Positions 37,731 through 43,257 of a stretch of 43,257 bases of DNA are shown here, one piece after another (position 1 is the stretch's first letter; each line of letters begins with the position of its first letter). The notes under the pieces were generated by a model that searched no databases, was not told the origin of the DNA, and saw only the letters and a list, made by a program, of their open reading frames with translations. The position numbers and the translations under genes are program-made. The DNA is from Candidatus Woesearchaeota archaeon (GTDB taxonomy: Archaea; Nanobdellota; Nanobdellia; SCGC-AAA011-G17; PNOQ01): positions 1 through 43,257 of the forward strand of contig JBDRML010000015.1 in assembly GCA_043812195.1 (NCBI GenBank). Reading direction: 5' to 3'.

Positions 37731-39107
37731 ATGCTCAAACTATATAACACCTTAACAAGGAAAAAAGAAGAATTTAAACCAATTAAAAATCAAGTAGGAT
37801 TATATTCTTGTGGACCAACTTGTTATTGGTACCAACATATAGGAAATTTAAGAACATACATATTTGTAGATTTATTAAAAAGAGTTTTAGAATATAACAA
37901 ATTCAAGGTAAAGCACGTAATGAATATAACTGATGTAGGTCATTTAACTTCAGATAAAGATGAAGGAGAAGATAAAGTAGAAGCTGCTGCAAAAAAAGAA
38001 GGCAAAACAGCAAAAGAAATTACAAATTATTATTTTAAAGTATTCAAAAAAGATTTCAAAAAATTAAACATTAAAGAACCAAATTTCTGGCCTAGAGCAA
38101 CAGACCACATAAAAGAACAGATAGAATTAATAAAAAAATTAGAAAAAAAAGGATACACCTATAAAACTAAAGATGGAATTTATTTTGACACTTCAAAATT
38201 CAAAGATTATGGAAAATTCTCAAAAATAAATATAGAAGAAATAGAAGCTGGAAAAAGAGTATCTCTAAAAGAGAAAAAGCATCCAACAGATTTCGCCTTA
38301 TGGAAATTCTCAAAAAAACCAGGAGAAAGACAACAAGAATGGAAAACAAAATGGGGTGTTGGTTACCCAGGTTGGCACTTAGAATGCTCAGCAATGTCTA
38401 TGAAATATTTAGGAGAACATTTTGATATCCATACAGGAGGTCAAGAACATATTCAAATTCACCATCAAAATGAAATCGCTCAATCAGAAGCTGCAACAGG
38501 AAAAAAATTCGTTAATTACTGGCTTCATACTGGCTGGTTAACATCTAAGGGAGAAAAAATATCCAAAAGTAAAGGAGGACTTTATACTATCTCAGAACTA
38601 CAAAAAAAAGGATTTGATCCATTAGCATTCAGATACTTAACACTTACAGCCCATTACAAAAAGCCACTAGAATTTAGTTTAGAATCTCTAACAGCAGCTC
38701 AAAGCGCTTATGAAAGATTAAAAGAAAAAGTTCAAGAAATAAAAAGGAAAAAAACTTCAAAAGGAAATACAAAGAAATACCAAGAAAAATTCTTACAAGC
38801 AATCAACGACGACTTAAATGTTTCAAAAGCGTTAGCAATACTACAAGATTTACTAAGAGATAACTCATTAGGAAGCAAACAAAAATATGAACTAATCAAA
38901 AATTTCGACAAAGTTTTAGGATTAGATTTAGACAAAATAAAAAAAGAATCAATCCCAAGCGAAATCACAGAACTAGCAAAAAAAAGAGAAACCTACAGAA
39001 AAAAGAAAGATTTCAAAAATTCAGACAAAATAAGAGAGCAAATAAAGAAAAAAGGATACCTAATAGAAGATTCTAAATATGGATACAAACTTAAAAAATC
39101 TAATTAA
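37731..39107 (+). CDS. cysS: Cysteinyl-tRNA synthetase
   Basis: YSCGPT, HIGN, DFALWK, PGWHLECSAM, HHQNEIAQ, KISKS. Confidence 0.96.
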   Translation: MLKLYNTLTRKKEEFKPIKNQVGLYSCGPTCYWYQHIGNLRTYIFVDLLKRVLEYNKFKVKHVMNITDVGHLTSDKDEGEDKVEAAAKKEGKTAKEITNYYFKVFKKDFKKLNIKEPNFWPRATDHIKEQIELIKKLEKKGYTYKTKDGIYFDTSKFKDYGKFSKINIEEIEAGKRVSLKEKKHPTDFALWKFSKKPGERQQEWKTKWGVGYPGWHLECSAMSMKYLGEHFDIHTGGQEHIQIHHQNEIAQSEAATGKKFVNYWLHTGWLTSKGEKISKSKGGLYTISELQKKGFDPLAFRYLTLTAHYKKPLEFSLESLTAAQSAYERLKEKVQEIKRKKTSKGNTKKYQEKFLQAINDDLNVSKALAILQDLLRDNSLGSKQKYELIKNFDKVLGLDLDKIKKESIPSEITELAKKRETYRKKKDFKNSDKIREQIKKKGYLIEDSKYGYKLKKSN

Positions 39108-39837
39108 TAAAATCAAATCAAAGAAATACAAAACTCTTTCTGATGATTTAATAGAATTAGAAATTGAAAACTATTTAAAATCAAATATCAAAGCAACAGA
39201 AAAGCAAATAATCAAAGCAGTAAAAGGAAGACTTCACAAAATATATGGATCTTTTCAAATTAAAAAAAGAAAAAAAAGAGGAAAATACATTAAAGATCCA
39301 AAAAAAGCTCTAGGAACAAACTTATCTACAAAAGAAAGAATAAATATTTACAAAGAATTATACAAAAAAATATTTCAAATAACTGGTAAACCAAAAACAA
39401 TTCTAGATATTGGGGCAGGCATGAATCCAATTTCCTACAAGTTTTTAGGAGTAAAACCAAAATACATAGCAATAGAGATAGATAAAGAAGATGTCAAATT
39501 CTTAAATAATTTCTTCAAAATAAACAAAATTAATGGAACAGCAATTCTAATGCATATAAATGAAAAAAATATCAAAAAATTACCAAAATCAGACTTAACT
39601 TTCTTATTCAAAGCAATAGATCCAATAGAAATAAAAAAAGGCCACAAATTAGCTGAAAAATTAGTAAAAGAATTAAAGTCAAAATACCTAGTAATTAGCT
39701 TTCCAACAAAGACCATATCACAAAAGCAAATGAAACACCCACACAGGGGATGGATAGAACAAATGCTAAAAAGACTTAAATTAGAATTCAAAATATTAAA
39801 ATACCCAAATGAAATATTCTATATTATTAAAAAATAA
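39079..39837 (+). CDS. FmrO/ArmA/Rmt-like 16S rRNA methyltransferase
   Basis: LHKIYGSF, STKER, ILDIGAGMNP, VISFPTKTI. Confidence 0.75.
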   Translation: MDTNLKNLINKIKSKKYKTLSDDLIELEIENYLKSNIKATEKQIIKAVKGRLHKIYGSFQIKKRKKRGKYIKDPKKALGTNLSTKERINIYKELYKKIFQITGKPKTILDIGAGMNPISYKFLGVKPKYIAIEIDKEDVKFLNNFFKINKINGTAILMHINEKNIKKLPKSDLTFLFKAIDPIEIKKGHKLAEKLVKELKSKYLVISFPTKTISQKQMKHPHRGWIEQMLKRLKLEFKILKYPNEIFYIIKK

Positions 39838-39909
39838 CCAAAACCTTTATAAATACAAAGACTTACTTTTAAATATCTTAACATATTAATAAATATCTGT
39901 ACGTACAAA

Positions 39910-40053
39910 ATGAAAAAGAAAGTCACTCTATCTATATACAAAAAAATTTATAATGAATTTCAGACTTACTGTGGAGAAAGGGGGCTAATATTATCAAGAC
40001 AAGTAGAATTTTTCATGAAAAAAGAGCTAGAGGTGAAAGATCATAAAAAGTAA
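39910..40053 (+). CDS. Ribbon-helix-helix-like small regulator (47 aa; not in ORF track)
   Basis: MKKKVTLSIYKKIYNEFQTYCGERGLILSRQVEFFMKKELEVKDHKK. Confidence 0.65.
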   Translation: MKKKVTLSIYKKIYNEFQTYCGERGLILSRQVEFFMKKELEVKDHKK

Positions 40054-43000
40054 AATTATTTTAGGGGTTGTATTATTACTATTTTTTATAATCCTAAATT
40101 CAAATGCCTCTAATGCTGTAACAATAACGTGGTGGGATACAGATTGGAATTATAGAGTTCCTTTAACTTTAAACGTTTCAGATAATGAATATATCGGAAC
40201 TTTAATTGATCATGAAATTAATTTCACCCCCTTAATAGATGATAATACTGTATCATTTGATTACAATTCCACAAGGATCATAGAATATAATGGAACTAGT
40301 GGAGTAAATATAGATTACAACAGTTCACAAACAGAAATACCATATCAATATTCAAATTTTAGCGGATTTGACTCAACTTCAAATGCATTCATTCGTTTAA
40401 GTTGGATTGCCTCAAATACCTCTGCAAATACAGGAAGAACATTCCACGTATATTTTGATACAAGTGCAAATCCAAGAGCAGCACCTAACTACTCAAGTAG
40501 AGTATCTATAAGTAGTTATGAAATAAGTGTGGATGGAAATAATGTAGCAGATATTGATTCATTAGAAAATTCGTTTTCCCATATAGCTTATGTAACAACT
40601 CCTGCAAGTAATATGGCAAATCCAGGGGACCCAACACCATATAACAGATGGAGATGGGGAATGATCGGTTATGATTTAGATGATGTAGGCGGATGGAGAG
40701 AAGACGCCGTAGATAATTATTCAGTTCAAGTAACAGAAGGGCCACTTTATACCCAGATATACATGAAAACACATATCAATGCAGAACTTCCAGGAGGTGC
40801 AATGTTTAGTGAAAATACTATGAGAGTATATCCATTTCATCAAGACTATATAATGGAGCATAATTTAACTTACAATGCAACAGCCCATAGTTATGGTGGT
40901 TACACAATTCCTAGATCATATTATTCAAATGATTGGTTAGATTGGATGCAATCTTGGAATTTTGCAGATAATTATTGGTCTGGTCAATCTGGTTATTTAA
41001 GAGTTGGTTATAATGATACAGCATGCTCTTCAGGAAATCCAGGCCCATGTAAGTTCACAATAGCAAACCCAAGTTGGAATCAACCAGTTTCAACCTTCCA
41101 AACAGATTGGATGGCGTGGTGTGACGGTAGCAATGAAGAAGTTGGAATAATCTGGAATGGAGTATTTAATGATGATACATATTCTAATTATGGGGCTAGT
41201 TCTTACGGAGATATGGGTGGATTTGATAGAGAAAATTATGATGCAGCGGAATTAAATGCAACAGTATACTGGTTAATAAGTAATCATGGAAAAGATGGAA
41301 ATTTAACTAAAAAAGTATCAAGCTATAAATTAAATGAAGGAAATATCACACAAGGAAGTGTTGATGCAGGATTTACAACTATCAGTTGGGTAAAAACAAC
41401 AAACACAACCAATCATTCGCGTTCATTTTTCGGCAAAGCAGAACAAGTAAGGATAGAAACTAATGTAACTAGCCCACCAACAAATTACCCAAAAGTTAGT
41501 ATTTACTTACCAAATGGAACAGTAAATGTAAGTGAAATTTCTATGATTAATGACACAGCAGGAATATATTATTATGTTTTAAATTTAACAGATGAATCTC
41601 CTGTAGGATATTGGGGTGTAAAAATAGAAGGAAGCTCAGCAAAAGCATTTAAAAGAAATTCATTATTTTATGTAGGAAATCTTTGGAAAGATGTTTGGGA
41701 TAATGGAACATTTTTATACAACAGAGAAATAAATATCACAGAACCAAATATTGTAGAGAGAGTTTTTGAGCCCGTAGACATTCACATAAATTTTACAGGC
41801 AATGCAAATGAAAATTCAACCAGAGTAGTTTTTTACAATGGTTTAAATTACACTGAAATACCTTCTCAATTATATAATATCACTTATTCAGGAGGATATA
41901 TATCTGAAGCTAATATAGTCTTCTTAACAACTATCCAAAAAGGAGAAAATAGAACATACTATGTGTTATGGAAACCATCATCTTTAACAGCAAATTATAC
42001 ATCAGATATTAACATAACAAATGTAACCACAGGAAGGTATCAAGTTACTAACGCATTTTTTAATATAACTTTAAATTCCACTTATGGGGGGCTTATGCAA
42101 GAAGCATTAAGTTTACAAGGTGGAAATTCATCATTATCAGGATTAACTCCAATAGAATACTATCCAGAAGCAAGAATACAAATACCTCCAACCACAACAT
42201 TTACAATAAGAGATTTTACCACTCCCACAGTTTCAATAACTGAGGGCCCTATTTTTGTTGATTATCTTGTTAATGGTTCGTTAAGTGGAAATGCTAATTA
42301 TCCTTATAATTTATCAATGAGGTTTTTCGCAAATAACCCATACTATATTCAAGAAACAAATATTTCAATCCAAGAAGCAAAAACATGGGAATATTTTTAT
42401 GATTATTATTTAGCATGGGTAGATGGAAAATTTACAACTGCAGCATGGAAAAATAGTACTGGAAATATTACAACTACAGTTCTAGCTAGTGGAAATAACA
42501 ATGACAATACTAATTTAGATATTAATTTAAGTTGGTTAAGTGTTTATAACACAGACACTGGAGATGCAATGGGTGATATATTTTTAGAAAGAACACAAAC
42601 ATCAGTTAATTCACCAGTAATTGATTTATATGATGATACTTATGATTATTACCAAAGAAAAATAATAGCTTCAAGTAGTTCAATAAGTTCAGGATCTCAT
42701 TTTTATTCAAAGATAGCAAGAGTATTATGGTATGGTGTAACAAATTATAATACCATTGATGATTTAGAAGATCAATTAAATTATACAATGTCAACATCAA
42801 TAGGAACAAGAGTAGCTTTTGATACCACAAAACCAGGTTATTCTTTATATAATGTCACACCAACAACTCCTAACGATAATCAAAACGTAACTTGTTATTC
42901 AAGTTGGATAGATAATGTAGAAATGGATTATGTGATTGTAGAGGAAAATTTAACAGGAACATTTACAAACCACACAGTATCCATTTCTTCTGGTGTAACT

Positions 43001-43257
43001 GGAGATGGAAATTATACAGTAAATGGAACAAATATTCAAGCCGGAACATATGCTTGCAAATTTCACGGAGTAGATACTGCTGGAAACTTAAATTTAACAG
43101 ATTATGCTGCAGTCACAGTTTCAGATCTAACTGCCCCCTCATTCTCAAACACATCAAATAATCCAACTGAAAATTCATCTCTAGATCCAAATTCAACTAT
43201 AACAATAAATGCAACATTCTTAGAATATTCAACAGTAGATAAAGTAGCAACATATTA
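40043..43257 (+). CDS. Large secreted/surface protein with DUF2341-like repeats; runs off the window; apparent ATA start
   Basis: Frame read open at the 5' end and at spot checks to the window end (>1070 codons); signal peptide then WWDTDWNYRVPL; second similar unit near 41690; many N-x-S/T sequons. Confidence 0.8.
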   Translation, partial: MKSKIILGVVLLLFFIILNSNASNAVTITWWDTDWNYRVPLTLNVSDNEYIGTLIDHEINFTPLIDDNTVSFDYNSTRIIEYNGTSGVNIDYNSSQTEIPYQYSNFSGFDSTSNAFIRLSWIASNTSANTGRTFHVYFDTSANPRAAPNYSSRVSISSYEISVDGNNVADIDSLENSFSHIAYVTTPASNMANPGDPTPYNRWRWGMIGYDLDDVGGWREDAVDNYSVQVTEGPLYTQIYMKTHINAELPGGAMFSENTMRVYPFHQDYIMEHNLTYNATAHSYGGYTIPRSYYSNDWLDWMQSWNFADNYWSGQSGYLRVGYNDTACSSGNPGPCKFTIANPSWNQPVSTFQTDWMAWCDGSNEEVGIIWNGVFNDDTYSNYGASSYGDMGGFDRENYDAAELNATVYWLISNHGKDGNLTKKVSSYKLNEGNITQGSVDAGFTTISWVKTTNTTNHSRSFFGKAEQVRIETNVTSPPTNYPKVSIYLPNGTVNVSEISMINDTAGIYYYVLNLTDESPVGYWGVKIEGSSAKAFKRNSLFYVGNLWKDVWDNGTFLYNREINITEPNIVERVFEPVDIHINFTGNANENSTRVVFYNGLNYTEIPSQLYNITYSGGYISEANIVFLTTIQKGENRTYYVLWKPSSLTANYTSDINITNVTTGRYQVTNAFFNITLNSTYGGLMQEALSLQGGNSSLSGLTPIEYYPEARIQIPPTTTFTIRDFTTPTVSITEGPIFVDYLVNGSLSGNANYPYNLSMRFFANNPYYIQETNISIQEAKTWEYFYDYYLAWVDGKFTTAAWKNSTGNITTTVLASGNNNDNTNLDINLSWLSVYNTDTGDAMGDIFLERTQTSVNSPVIDLYDDTYDYYQRKIIASSSSISSGSHFYSKIARVLWYGVTNYNTIDDLEDQLNYTMSTSIGTRVAFDTTKPGYSLYNVTPTTPNDNQNVTCYSSWIDNVEMDYVIVEENLTGTFTNHTVSISSGVTGDGNYTVNGTNIQAGTYACKFHGVDTAGNLNLTDYAAVTVSDLTAPSFSNTSNNPTENSSLDPNSTITINATFLEYSTVDKVATY

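Noticed and set aside
429-42830. Many short antisense or alternate-frame ORFs (e.g. 2203, 3973, 6623, 16610-18258, 31976, 39435, 40506, 42606)
   Set aside because: They lie within well-supported genes and lack motifs; treated as shadow ORFs
1-43257. CRISPR array, diversity-generating retroelement or retron
   Set aside because: No regularly spaced repeats, cas genes or reverse transcriptase recognised

Overview
Low-GC archaeal genome segment, most consistent with a DPANN lineage such as Woese-/Pacearchaeota. Evidence: TFE, rpl15e, NreA with PIP box, BRE/TATA boxes about 25 nt ahead of starts, and streamlined bacterial-type AlaRS and AspRS. Roughly 3.6-20.65 kb is an integrated mobile element next to the alaS promoter. 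Its core is a tyrosine integrase converging on an operon of an Sm/Hfq-like protein, a D5/P4-type SF3 helicase, an iteron-like origin and small Zn-binding ORFs. This core is bracketed by a perfect 22-bp inverted repeat. About 12 kb of cargo follows: membrane and lipoproteins (FxLYD, Excalibur x2, transglutaminase-like), a membrane-anchored metalloprotease-AN1 Zn-finger protein, an HNH nuclease, and an AbrB/MazE gene coupled to a Zn-finger-fused Cdc48 that stops at the D1-D2 linker and has a natural Walker-B E->Q change. The host part includes an OmpA-like beta-barrel candidate tail-to-tail with a minimal secreted Rhs-core/HExxH protein, an aminoacyl-tRNA synthetase cluster with tRNA-Arg(UCG), an FmrO/ArmA-like methyltransferase, and a >1070-aa surface protein that appears to start at AUA. 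All calls come from reading motifs by eye; no searches were run.
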